64,000 nt of DNA, from assembly GCA_963806035.1 (NCBI GenBank), contig CAWDWO010000016.1:1-64000 (forward strand), in the 5' to 3' direction. This DNA is from Candidatus Krumholzibacteriota bacterium (GTDB taxonomy: Bacteria > Krumholzibacteriota > Krumholzibacteriia > JAJRXK01). The notes beneath the pieces are model-generated. The model did not search any database. It saw only the letters and a list, made by a program, of their open reading frames with translations, and was not told the DNA's origin. Within the stretch, counting starts at the first letter, position 1. Each line of letters starts with the position of its first letter. This document shows, piece by piece, positions 37,708-46,952 of the stretch. A program made the position numbers and the translations under genes.

Positions 37708-38957
37708 GCTCGGGCTTCGAGAACCTCTAGTCCCAAGGTCTGCTCGAGAACGCGCCGTAGCCTCTCTGCGCGCGAGTCGGGACCGTAGTGGGTCCGCACG
37801 AAGGCATAGCCCGCCTCGGCCAATTTTCTCGAGCGCTCCGGATCCTCCAGGAAGCGCCAGGCCCGTGCCCATTCGGCCGGGTTCTCGGCCTGTAGATAGT
37901 GAATCCTGGCCTCCGCTCCCGATCCCCGCGCGGCCACCGGCGTGCAGATGACGGGGCGGCCCGCGGCCTGCGCTTCCAGCATGCGATAGCGCAGGCCCCC
38001 CGCGTATTCCAGTGGCACCACGACGGCATCACACGCCGCGAGCTCGGTCTCCAGCTCGTCCACCCATCCCACCGCGACCGCGCCGGCCTTTTCGATGACA
38101 CGTCTGAGCTTCGGGCCGAGACCGGCACCGGCCACGCGCAGCTCCGGCGGGCGCTCGATGCCGCGTAGGATCGCGGGCCAGCTTTCTTGCAGAAAGCACA
38201 CGAGACCATCGCGATTGAACGCGGCCGACCAGTGCCCGTAGCAGAGCCAGCGCTGGGGCGCTTCGGGCTCTCTCGGTGCCGGATTCAGCGGCCTCGCTCT
38301 CACCGGCACGACCGCGGGCCACACGCCCAGAGCCGGCCGCTTCGCGCCGGGCATGGTATCCAGGGCGTGATCAGCGAGACGCATGTCATCCTCGGTCAGA
38401 CACAGGAGGGCGTCGCAGGAAAGGAGAGCGGTTTTCTCCGCGCGGCGCAGGCGCTCGGCGACGCGTGGGAGTGGTCCCTCGGGATCGCTGTTCAGTCTTG
38501 CCGCCTCACGTTGGTATTCCAGATCGGAGAGTACGAGCACGCGTCGCCCGGCCTGGCCCAGGGCCACCGCCGCGGACTGATACCAAAAGGGTCCGACCAC
38601 GATGGCCTTGGGATCGGCGGCCACCTCTTCTCGTACCATCTTCTGCATGCGTTGCGTGCACGCAAAGATCTGGATTCGCGGCACATCCTCCCGCCACGCC
38701 CGCAGCGATGAACTGAGCCTCCTCCGCAGACGGGACAGCGCGCGCAGATCGGCCCACTCCTCGTCCAGACGAATCTCAAAACCCTCGCTCTCGAGCCGTT
38801 GACGGGCCAGCTCGCTGCCCATTCCCGCGCGCGAAATCCAACGCACCTGTCCCAGAGCGAGAAGGCTACGAGCCAGCTCCAGAGTGAAGCGTCGGCTGCC
38901 CTGGTTGGCGGGCCAGGGGAGCAGTGTGGTGCTCAAGACGAAGCGCGGATCACTCAT
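37704..38957 (-). CDS. Glycosyltransferase family 4
   Basis: PWP...G, N.DG...F....WP.I, VVPL..GG.RY..LEA.AAGRPVI.T. Confidence 0.8.
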   Translation of the reverse strand: MSDPRFVLSTTLLPWPANQGSRRFTLELARSLLALGQVRWISRAGMGSELARQRLESEGFEIRLDEEWADLRALSRLRRRLSSSLRAWREDVPRIQIFACTQRMQKMVREEVAADPKAIVVGPFWYQSAAVALGQAGRRVLVLSDLEYQREAARLNSDPEGPLPRVAERLRRAEKTALLSCDALLCLTEDDMRLADHALDTMPGAKRPALGVWPAVVPVRARPLNPAPREPEAPQRWLCYGHWSAAFNRDGLVCFLQESWPAILRGIERPPELRVAGAGLGPKLRRVIEKAGAVAVGWVDELETELAACDAVVVPLEYAGGLRYRMLEAQAAGRPVICTPVAARGSGAEARIHYLQAENPAEWARAWRFLEDPERSRKLAEAGYAFVRTHYGPDSRAERLRRVLEQTLGLEVLEARA

Positions 38958-40093
38958 GGCCGCTCGCCTCTGTGCAATGCGAAGGTGGACGAGGTCATTC
39001 TCTCCAGAGTGTGATGGGCCTCATATCGCCTCCGGCCGGCCTGGCCAAAACGAATCCGCGTGGCACGGTCCGCCAAGAGTTCACCGAGCGCGAAGAACAG
39101 AGCGCGCGGATCCGCGGGCGACACGAGCAGGCCGTTCTCATCGTGCTTCAAGAGCTCCTTGACTCCGTCCACGTCGGTTGCCACCAGGGGAAGCCCCTGG
39201 CAGATGCCCTCCAAGAGAGACAAGGGCATGCCCTCGCGCCGGCTTGCCAACACCATGAGATCACAGGCCCTGAGAATCGTGACCACGTCGTTGCGATGGC
39301 TGGCCAAATGGATTCTCTCTTTGAGCCCAGCCTCACAGATAAGGCGTTCCAACTCGGGGCGATCCGAGCCTTCTCCCACGAACCACATCTGGAAGCGCGT
39401 GCCCTGACGCGCCAAGCGAGCGAGGCCCTCGATCAACACGTCGCCTCCCTTGCGTAGATCGAGAGCTCCCAGCTGGACGATGCGCGGGCCACCGCCCCGT
39501 TCGCGAGCCGCCAGCTCCGCGGGCATCGGCGCTTCCCGCTCGGCCCAGATGACCCCTTCAGGGTTCGTGTCGGGCACTCCATTCAAGACGGTGACGACTC
39601 GCGCGGGCGAGTAGTGAAAGGTGTCGATCAAGATGGAGCGGTGCGCCTCGCACACCGCGATGCTCGTATCCACCGCACGGACCCCCGCGCGCTTGGCCCA
39701 ATAGCGCTTTCCCACTTTTCCCACGCCGGGGAGGTGCTCGGTAACGACGATACGTTCGACCTTGGCCCACTTGGCGGCCAGGGGAGCAAGGCCGAAGATT
39801 CCATCGTAGGGATGGGGGAAGTTGAAGTGCACCATTTCGGGAGCCAGCCCTTCGAGCTCGCGATAGAGCTCCGTCCACCTCGCCCGCCAAGAGTGCTCGC
39901 GCAGACGCCGCACGGCGAAGCCATCCCTTTCCAGTTGTAAAAGCCAGGGTGACAGGGTGGGACGATCCAGCGCGATCAAGCCCAAACGCTGGGGCCCGGC
40001 CGCTTCCAAATGCCATTGGAGATAGGTTTCCGCCCCGCCAAAATAGGGGGCGTCACAGTAGAACCAGTGGGGTGGAAGAGAAGTTGTCCTCAT
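38954..40093 (-). CDS. Glycosyltransferase family 4
   Basis: GGAE, VVTEH, NGV, RKG, SRREGMPLSLLE....GLP.VAT.V.G; ATGA coupling to the next gene. Confidence 0.88.
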   Translation of the reverse strand: MRTTSLPPHWFYCDAPYFGGAETYLQWHLEAAGPQRLGLIALDRPTLSPWLLQLERDGFAVRRLREHSWRARWTELYRELEGLAPEMVHFNFPHPYDGIFGLAPLAAKWAKVERIVVTEHLPGVGKVGKRYWAKRAGVRAVDTSIAVCEAHRSILIDTFHYSPARVVTVLNGVPDTNPEGVIWAEREAPMPAELAARERGGGPRIVQLGALDLRKGGDVLIEGLARLARQGTRFQMWFVGEGSDRPELERLICEAGLKERIHLASHRNDVVTILRACDLMVLASRREGMPLSLLEGICQGLPLVATDVDGVKELLKHDENGLLVSPADPRALFFALGELLADRATRIRFGQAGRRRYEAHHTLERMTSSTFALHRGERP

Positions 40094-40198
40094 GGCCGTA
40101 ATGACCATGACACAGAGAGAAGCCCCACGTCCAGATCAGACGTGGGGCTTGGCCGAAGCAGGAGTCGCTTCACTCAGCAGCAGACATCCGCGCAACCG

Positions 40199-41162
40199 TC
40201 AGTTGGTCTTGCGCTGCTCCAGCAGCTTCTGGAGCTTCTTCTCGATGACTTCGAGTCTCTTCTGCACGTCCTCCAGCTCTACCTGTTTGTCCTCCAGCTT
40301 CGTTGATACAGCTCAGCGCCTTCTCGCTCTCGGGAGAGATGATGCCCACGCTGCCACTGTCACCGTCGCCTCCACGGCTGTACCACCGGAAGGTACGGGG
40401 CAGATCCGGGGTATCGATGTCGTAATTGAAGTCCTTGTTGAAGTTGAAATTGAAATTCTTGCCGTCGAAAGCGTAGATGCCGTGCCCCTCGTTTTTCTCG
40501 GGCTTGGCCTTGATGGTCGTGCTCTTGCCCTTGCGCAAAACGGTCAGGGTGATCGTATCGCCTTCCTTGATCTCCCGCAGCTTCTTGCGGAGATCGGAGA
40601 TGTCGTTGACCTGCTCGTCGTCGATGCGGGTGATGATGTCGTAGGCCTTCAGTCCAGCTTTCTCGGCCGGACTGTCCTCGATGACCGAACGCACCAGGAT
40701 CCCCTCGTCCTCATCCAGCCCCAGTTGGGCCGCCATTGCGTCGTCGACCTCGCCGATGGTGACGCCGAGATAGAGCCCCTGGTTCATCTTCGCGATGGCC
40801 CAGCTGTGAGGCTTACCGCTGGGAACCGTCGAGGAATAGATCACATTCCCCTCGTCATCGACGAGGCACTGGTAGACCACCCGGCCATCGTCATCGAGAA
40901 CGATGCGGGTGTTTCCATGCTTGATGATCCGGTCTTCGGGCAGGGGATCGCCGTCCTCGAGGATCTTCCACTCTGCGCCGAGCTTCTGCACGACGTAGGA
41001 GTGCGGCTGCCCGTCGTCGCCGATGATCGTGATGTTGCTGGTGGACTTGTCTTTGGACTTGGCCTCGGCTGCGTTCGCCAACGCTCCCCAGAGGGCCAGC
41101 GCGCCCATGACGAAGAGCACCGCAACCACGATTTGAATGACTCGTTCCTTGTTGACTATCAC
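40199..41162 (-). CDS. Exported PDZ-domain protein with C-terminal coiled coil, apparently frameshifted near 40300-40315
   Basis: GGAGG RBS and GTG start; YLGV...GILV.SV..DSPA.KAGL...DII..ID PDZ motif. A KLEDKQVELEDVQKRLEVIEKKLQKLLEQRKTN* tail lies in another frame (the uncorrected ORF ends at 40170). Confidence 0.75.
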
Positions 41163-41220
41163 GTCGTTTCCTCCCAGGTGGGCCGTGCTGGCCGAGGTGG
41201 GGACCCTTGGTCCCCGGCTA

Positions 41221-41832
41221 CTAGAGATGTTCGCGCCGGTCGGGTTCGTATTTGGCCGGGACGACCACGGGGTTGCCCCATTCGTCGGGCGCGGCTTCGT
41301 AGAGACTCTTCACACGCCGGCGTTCGAGTATCCGGCGCAGGTAGACGACTTCGGTTCCCTTTCCCTGAGGCGCCGGCTTGCGGTCGACGACCAAGAGGGG
41401 GAGTTCCTCCACCAGGCGCCCCTCGCGGGTGCCCGCCTGCCGGTAAAGGTCGAGGGCTTGCTGCATCGTGGCGGCCTCCGCGGGCGGAGCCGTAGTCGAA
41501 GGGGCACCGGGGATACCGGTCAGCCAGAAGAGAGCGATGCAGGCGGCGACGGCCCAGCCGATCCAGGGACCCGGACGGAAACGCCGGATCGGAGCGGGGC
41601 TGGTCGAGGAGTGCTGGGCGGCCGCCGCGCGGAGATCGTCCAACTCCAGGGCTTCGGCTCGGAGTACGGTATTGGCGACCCCCAGATTCAGCTCGTTCTG
41701 GTCCTTCAACGACAGCGCGAGGCGGTGCCAGAGCTGTGGATCCTGCTGAGCCTTGAGCTCGAGTTCTTCCCAGGCGGCTGGCTCAGCCGAACCGCTGAGT
41801 ACGCGATGGATGAGGGTAGCTTCGTGTCTCAT
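41221..41832 (-). CDS. Putative membrane anti-sigma factor
   Basis: Directly after the ECF sigma gene; N-terminal helical domain; single TM WIGWAVAACIALFWL. Confidence 0.65.
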   Translation of the reverse strand: MRHEATLIHRVLSGSAEPAAWEELELKAQQDPQLWHRLALSLKDQNELNLGVANTVLRAEALELDDLRAAAAQHSSTSPAPIRRFRPGPWIGWAVAACIALFWLTGIPGAPSTTAPPAEAATMQQALDLYRQAGTREGRLVEELPLLVVDRKPAPQGKGTEVVYLRRILERRRVKSLYEAAPDEWGNPVVVPAKYEPDRREHL

Positions 41833-41833
41833 G

Positions 41834-42427
41834 TCATTCTCCTTGCCGTGCCAACGCGGCAGATGCGGCGGGACGGGGTGCGGAGAGTTGCTTCCGCAAG
41901 AGCTGGCGTGCCCGGACCAGGCGCGTTTCCACCGTGGTCTCGGGCAATTCGAGGCTTTGGGCGATGCTCTTCTGGCTCATGCCCTCCAGTGCGCGCAGAA
42001 GCAGTGGTTCGCGGTACTTGAGCGGCAGCTCGCGCGCCGCGGAGAGCGCCCGCTGAGCCGCCAGCCCGGCTTCGAGGGCGGCGAAACTGCGTTCCGCCGC
42101 GCTGTCCGCCACGCCCTCGTGGTGGCTTTGCAGGCGGCTGAGGATCCGGCGTCTCAAGCCCGCTTTTCGTCCCGCCGAACGGGCAGTATTGAGCGCCACG
42201 TGCCGTAACCACGGCCGCAGCTTCGCCGGATCCTCCAGACTCTGAATTCCCGCCACCACCTTCAAGGCAACCTCCTGCAACAGATCGTCGAGTTCGCCCT
42301 CGCGGGGCATGTGCGCCAGGAGCACCACCGCGAGCCAGCGCCGGTTCTCCTTCCACAGCCGATCCAGGGCCGCGGCATCTCCAGCGTGGGCTTGCTGGAG
42401 GAATTGGACTTCGGGGTTTGTGTCCAT
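41834..42427 (-). CDS. ECF RNA polymerase sigma factor
   Basis: DDLLQEV, LRPWL.HVALN.AR (region 2); LP.KYRE.LLLR..EGMS...IA..L.LP..TV.TRL.RAR (region 4). Confidence 0.92.
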   Translation of the reverse strand: MDTNPEVQFLQQAHAGDAAALDRLWKENRRWLAVVLLAHMPREGELDDLLQEVALKVVAGIQSLEDPAKLRPWLRHVALNTARSAGRKAGLRRRILSRLQSHHEGVADSAAERSFAALEAGLAAQRALSAARELPLKYREPLLLRALEGMSQKSIAQSLELPETTVETRLVRARQLLRKQLSAPRPAASAALARQGE

Positions 42428-42437
42428 CTACTCCACT

Positions 42438-42461
42438 AGGACGCGTGAGAAAAAAGGTTCC
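42438..42461 (-). promoter_or_regulatory. Possible ECF-type autoregulatory promoter
   Basis: Minus strand GGAACC-TTTTTTCTCACG-CGTC with upstream T-tracts; the spacer is shorter than typical. Confidence 0.3.
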
Positions 42462-42627
42462 GTCCAAAAAATTTCGAAAAACTTCCCGATGCGGACCTCG
42501 GTGGGGCGAGACGCTTCCTTGTCCGGGCCCGGCCCAGTTCCTACCGTGGGGCGAATTCCGTAAACCAGATCCTGGACTCCGCAGGCTTGCGGAAGGGTCC
42601 AGTCCCTCAACCCCTCAAGAGTGAGCC

Positions 42628-43767
42628 ATGGACTACGATTTCAACGAACGCGAAGCGATGATCCGCGACTTGACCCGTAAGATCGCCAAGGAGAAGGTCT
42701 TACCCGTCCGGGCCGAGTTGGATGAAAAGAGCGAGTTCCCCTACGAGGCCATGGCCGCCATGGCACAGGCCGACCTCTTCCGGGTATTCATCCCCGAGGA
42801 GTACGAGGGAATCGGCGGGGGCTGCATGGAAATCTGCATCGTGGCCGAGGAACTGAGCCGGGTCTGTGCGGGAGTGGCCACCACCTACTCCGCCAACGCG
42901 TTGGCGGCCCAGCCCATCGTCATTGCGGGCAACGAGGAGCAGAAGCAAAAGTACCTCTCGCGCATCGCGAGCGGAAAGAGCTTCGCGGCCTTCGCCCTCA
43001 CCGAGCCGGGAGCGGGAAGCGACGCTGGCGCAATCCAGACCACGGCCAAGGAGACCGAGACAGGTTTCGTGCTCAACGGCACCAAGCAATTCATCACCAA
43101 CGGTGAGGTCGCCGAGATCTACACCGTACTCGCCAGCACCGATCCCTCCCGCGGCGCGCGCGGTCTCAGCGCTTTCATCGTCGAGAAGGGCACCCCCGGA
43201 TTTTCCTTCGGCAAGGAGGAGAACAAGATGGGGATCCGCGCCTCCAAGACCACCGAACTCATCTTCCAGGACTGCGAGATTCCCAAGGAGAACCTCTTGG
43301 GTCGCAAGGGTGCCGGCTTTTTGACCGCGATGAAGACCTTCGACCATACCCGCCCCGGCGTGGGAGCGCAGGCGGTGGGGATTGCTCAGGGCGCGCTGGA
43401 CGAAGCCATCCACTATGCCAAGGAACGCGAGCAGTTCGGCAAGCCCATCACCACTTTCCAGGGCATCCAGTTCATGATCGCGGACATGGCGACCCAGATC
43501 GAAGCGGCTCGCGCCCTGGTCTACTCCACGGCGCGGATGATCGACCGCGGGGTCAAGAACACCGCGCGCGAATCCGCCATGGCCAAGATGTTCGCCAGCG
43601 ACATGGCGATGCGCGTGACGACCGATGCGGTGCAGGTTGTCGGGGGTTACGGCTACATGCGCGACTATCCCATGGAGAAGTTCATGCGCGACGCCAAGAT
43701 CACCCAGATCTACGAGGGCACCAACCAGATCCAGCGCCTGGTGGTGGCAAACGCGGTACTGAAGTAG
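42628..43767 (+). CDS. Acyl-CoA dehydrogenase (short-chain/butyryl-CoA type)
   Basis: AFALTEPGAGSD, LNGTKQFITN, KMGIRAS, REQFGKPI, GGYGY.RDYP.E..MRDAKITQIYEGTNQIQR. Confidence 0.95.
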   Translation: MDYDFNEREAMIRDLTRKIAKEKVLPVRAELDEKSEFPYEAMAAMAQADLFRVFIPEEYEGIGGGCMEICIVAEELSRVCAGVATTYSANALAAQPIVIAGNEEQKQKYLSRIASGKSFAAFALTEPGAGSDAGAIQTTAKETETGFVLNGTKQFITNGEVAEIYTVLASTDPSRGARGLSAFIVEKGTPGFSFGKEENKMGIRASKTTELIFQDCEIPKENLLGRKGAGFLTAMKTFDHTRPGVGAQAVGIAQGALDEAIHYAKEREQFGKPITTFQGIQFMIADMATQIEAARALVYSTARMIDRGVKNTARESAMAKMFASDMAMRVTTDAVQVVGGYGYMRDYPMEKFMRDAKITQIYEGTNQIQRLVVANAVLK

Positions 43768-43798
43768 CGCGCGGCGGAGGCCTTCGCGCACCTAACGC

Positions 43799-44887
43799 TC
43801 AGCCCAGCCAGCCCTTCTTCTTGAAATACACGAGAAGGGTGGCCGCGACCGCGATCATCAGGCCCCACGCAAACGGGTACCCGAAGTACCAGTTCAGCTC
43901 CGGCATGTTCCAGGGCGATTTCTGAGGATTGAAGTTCATCCCATAGAGCCCCGCGATGAAGGAGAGCGGGATGAACAGGGTCGCAATGATGGTCAGCACC
44001 TTCATGATCTCGTTCATGCGATTGCTCACGATGCTGAGGTAGAGGTCCATCAATCCGGAGCTGACGTCGCGATACGATTCGACGATGTCCATCAGTCGCA
44101 GGGCGTGGTCGTGACAGTCCCTCAGATAGACCTGCGTCGTCTCATCGATGAGACCGCTCTCGTCCCGTGCCAGTGAGCTCATCAATTCGCGTAGGGGCCA
44201 GATGTAGCGCCTGAGAGTGGCGAGGTCACGCTTGAGCTGGTGGAGACTTCTGATCGTTTCTTGGTTCTGGTGATCCAGAACATCCGCCTCCAGATCTTCC
44301 AACTGATCTCCGTAGTACTCCAACAAGGGAAAGTACGCGTCGACGATGGCGTCGAGAATGGCGTAGGCCAGATAGCCTGCCGATCCTTCGCGAATCCTGG
44401 GGCGGCCTTCGCGAAGACGCGCGCGGACCGGTTCGAGGCAGTCGCCGATCTGCTCCTGGAAAGTGAGCACGATTCCCGGACCCAAAAGCAGACTGAACTG
44501 CTCGGTCTCGAGCGTGTCGCTCGACCTCGGCATACGAAGCACCACGAAGCGAAGATCCCCGTACTCATCCACCTTGGGCCTCTGGTTGACGTGCACGATG
44601 TCTTCGACCGCCAAAAGGTGCAGGCCGAAGGCCTTGGCCACCTCTTGAATGACATTTTCATTGCCCAGGCCGTCCACGTTGACCCAGGTCACCGCGCGTT
44701 CGCGGACTCGCGAGCGTAATGACGACAGATCGGTGATGTCCTCCTCGACGAGTTCCTGCTCGTTGTAGGAGGTGAGATGCACCTTGCTGGGCGCGGCATC
44801 AGGATCTGAAAAAATCGTGCCGGGAGATGCTCCGACGGGAGCGCGCCGCTTGGCGGGATTCTTACGCTTCTTGGAGTGCTTCTTCAT
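43799..44887 (-). CDS. corA: Magnesium/cobalt transporter CorA
   Basis: EDIVH..QRPK, MNEIMKVLT, GLYGMNF, MPEL.W.FGY. Confidence 0.95.
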   Translation of the reverse strand: MKKHSKKRKNPAKRRAPVGASPGTIFSDPDAAPSKVHLTSYNEQELVEEDITDLSSLRSRVRERAVTWVNVDGLGNENVIQEVAKAFGLHLLAVEDIVHVNQRPKVDEYGDLRFVVLRMPRSSDTLETEQFSLLLGPGIVLTFQEQIGDCLEPVRARLREGRPRIREGSAGYLAYAILDAIVDAYFPLLEYYGDQLEDLEADVLDHQNQETIRSLHQLKRDLATLRRYIWPLRELMSSLARDESGLIDETTQVYLRDCHDHALRLMDIVESYRDVSSGLMDLYLSIVSNRMNEIMKVLTIIATLFIPLSFIAGLYGMNFNPQKSPWNMPELNWYFGYPFAWGLMIAVAATLLVYFKKKGWLG

Positions 44888-45299
44888 CGCGGGCTCCTCG
44901 CGGGGATGAGTCGAAAACGGCACGCAATCACGCTGTTGAACACGCTCGGGTGGTGGGGTGGATCATATCAGAATCACCCGTTTAGAAAAGAGCGGGCTGC
45001 AGAGGAGAAAGGAGGGGGGAATCCCTGCTGGTTCTCGTCCTAGATGGAGAGTCCTCTTCTCATCGACGCTGGTCCCAAAACCCGCCGATGGAGTTGGGCT
45101 CCTGGGGTTGGGGCCGACTGCGCGAGGAAAGGGAGCCTCCTCGCCGGGAACGCCCCTCCCCACTCAAACCCCCAAAGATCCCACGATTGCGACAGCACTC
45201 CGTTTGAAACAAAGCCCGCCTACACGAGCTTGCAATGCGAACTCTTGCTTCCGTAAACTTCAGAGTGGCTCCTCGAACTCCCATGATTGGAGGCAGGTC

Positions 45300-46868
45300 G
45301 TGTTCCCCCGACGCTGCGAAGGGCTGCCTACTCTGGTCCTGACGCTCCTTGCGCTGCTGTTCGTCTCACTGCCCGCCCTCGCCGACACTCTGTTCGTTCC
45401 AGAAGATTACAATTTGGATTCGGCGCTCAGTGCAGCGACATCCGGCGACACCGTATCGGTAGCCGGAGGGACACTGGAGTACGGTTCCGTCCACCTACCT
45501 CCCGGTATCGTCCTTCTTTCGCGCGAGCCCTGGACGAATAGTATTTCGCGGCTGCTGGCGTGGGATTTGAGCGGGAAATCCGAAGTACGTGGGTTTCGAT
45601 TCACCGCGTATCCCTATTGGAACCCCGCGGCGCCGATTTGGCTTGGGGTCATCGTGGACAATTCCGAGGTGTGGTTTTCAGAGTGTCATTTTGAGGGCTT
45701 GGATTCGGAAATTGGCGAAGCGAACGGAATCGATTATCCCGGAGCCGCATCCTATCGCTGGCCTCTGGACTTTCGGAATGATTCGAATGTGTTTTTGGAT
45801 TCGTGCTCGTTCAGTGAGAACACCTCGAACAAGAACGATTACTCCGGAACCTCTGCCTGCATCGCTTCCGTGACATCCATTCTGGAGATCTTCAACTGTA
45901 CTTTCGAACACCAGGACCACGCCCTCTACTCCTCCAGCGGGTCCGTCATTCTTACAAAAAGCAGTTTTCGCGAATGTCACGATGAGTTTCTGTGGGTGAA
46001 TGGACCGCTGTCGATGCTGGGGAATCTGATCGTCAACTGTGGTCCGCGCTATTGGGAAACACCGGGCTATCTCAAAGACGGGACATTCAAGGAAGGAAGC
46101 TGCGAGAAGACACCGAGCATCCACCTGGGCGGATCGGTTCAGCTCCAGAGCAATACCTTCGTCGACAACCCGGTTCTGTTTCCTCCCTACTATCAGTGGT
46201 GCTCGGAGTCATTTCCCGAGCCGGACGATCGCCTTGCCCTGGTCATTCTGGAACCAAGCACTACGGGAGCGATCAACCAAAACCTCTTCATCGGCCTCAC
46301 TGGCCCCGCGCTGCAGGCGCCGGCCACGATCCAGGTTTCGTGCAACGACGCCTGGGATGGCCTGGGTCAGTACTGGGTGGGAGATGTGGGCGACCTGACC
46401 GGGATCGACGGCAACATCTCCGAGGCACCCATCTTCTGTGGGCGGAATACGGGGGACTACACCCTCAGCTTGCAGTCCCCGGCCGCCAATGCCAGCTGCG
46501 GACTCATGGGAGCATTCCCCGCGCAGTGCGATCGGGCGCTGGAGATTCCGGACGACGGCGGCACTCAGACCGGCGGTGAACCGGCGAAGCTGCAAACTCG
46601 CCTGTTGGGCGCCGCACCCAATCCCTTCAATCCGCGCACCCAGATTCGCTTCGAGTTGGAATACGCGGGCGAGGTGCAACTGGAGATCTTCGACGTCGCG
46701 GGACGGCTGGTGCGTAGCTGGAGCCTGCCGCAAATGGAAGCCGGGCCGCACTCGGTTCCCTGGGACGGCCACGACGCCCACGGCAATGCGGTCTCCAGTG
46801 GGGTGTACTATCTCCGATTGCAGTATGCGCGGAAGGTACTCAGCGGCCGCATGGCGCTTCTGCGCTGA
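45300..46868 (+). CDS. Secreted beta-helix-like protein with C-terminal FlgD-Ig/T9SS-type sorting-like domain
   Basis: GGAGG RBS then GTG 45300; ALA-DTL.VP signal peptide; Cys/Asn repeats (C.F..N); GNIS..P.FC; PNPFNPRT.IRF...IFDVAGRLVR...WDG.D..G..VSSGVYY. Confidence 0.8.
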   Translation: MFPRRCEGLPTLVLTLLALLFVSLPALADTLFVPEDYNLDSALSAATSGDTVSVAGGTLEYGSVHLPPGIVLLSREPWTNSISRLLAWDLSGKSEVRGFRFTAYPYWNPAAPIWLGVIVDNSEVWFSECHFEGLDSEIGEANGIDYPGAASYRWPLDFRNDSNVFLDSCSFSENTSNKNDYSGTSACIASVTSILEIFNCTFEHQDHALYSSSGSVILTKSSFRECHDEFLWVNGPLSMLGNLIVNCGPRYWETPGYLKDGTFKEGSCEKTPSIHLGGSVQLQSNTFVDNPVLFPPYYQWCSESFPEPDDRLALVILEPSTTGAINQNLFIGLTGPALQAPATIQVSCNDAWDGLGQYWVGDVGDLTGIDGNISEAPIFCGRNTGDYTLSLQSPAANASCGLMGAFPAQCDRALEIPDDGGTQTGGEPAKLQTRLLGAAPNPFNPRTQIRFELEYAGEVQLEIFDVAGRLVRSWSLPQMEAGPHSVPWDGHDAHGNAVSSGVYYLRLQYARKVLSGRMALLR

Positions 46869-46952
46869 GCCGAAAGCCGCGAGAGGGTGGGCGCCTGATC
46901 GGAGTTGTCTACCCGGGTAGAGGAGGGGAATTCCGCTGGGCTGCGGGAATTC

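Noticed and set aside
40092..43791. Long opposite-strand ORFs (40092-41495, 41137-42021, 42700-43791)
   Set aside because: They overlap well-supported genes on the other strand and lack motifs.
44958..45299. N-terminal 114 aa of the 636-aa ORF
   Set aside because: The RBS and signal peptide support GTG 45300; the extension is not protein-like.
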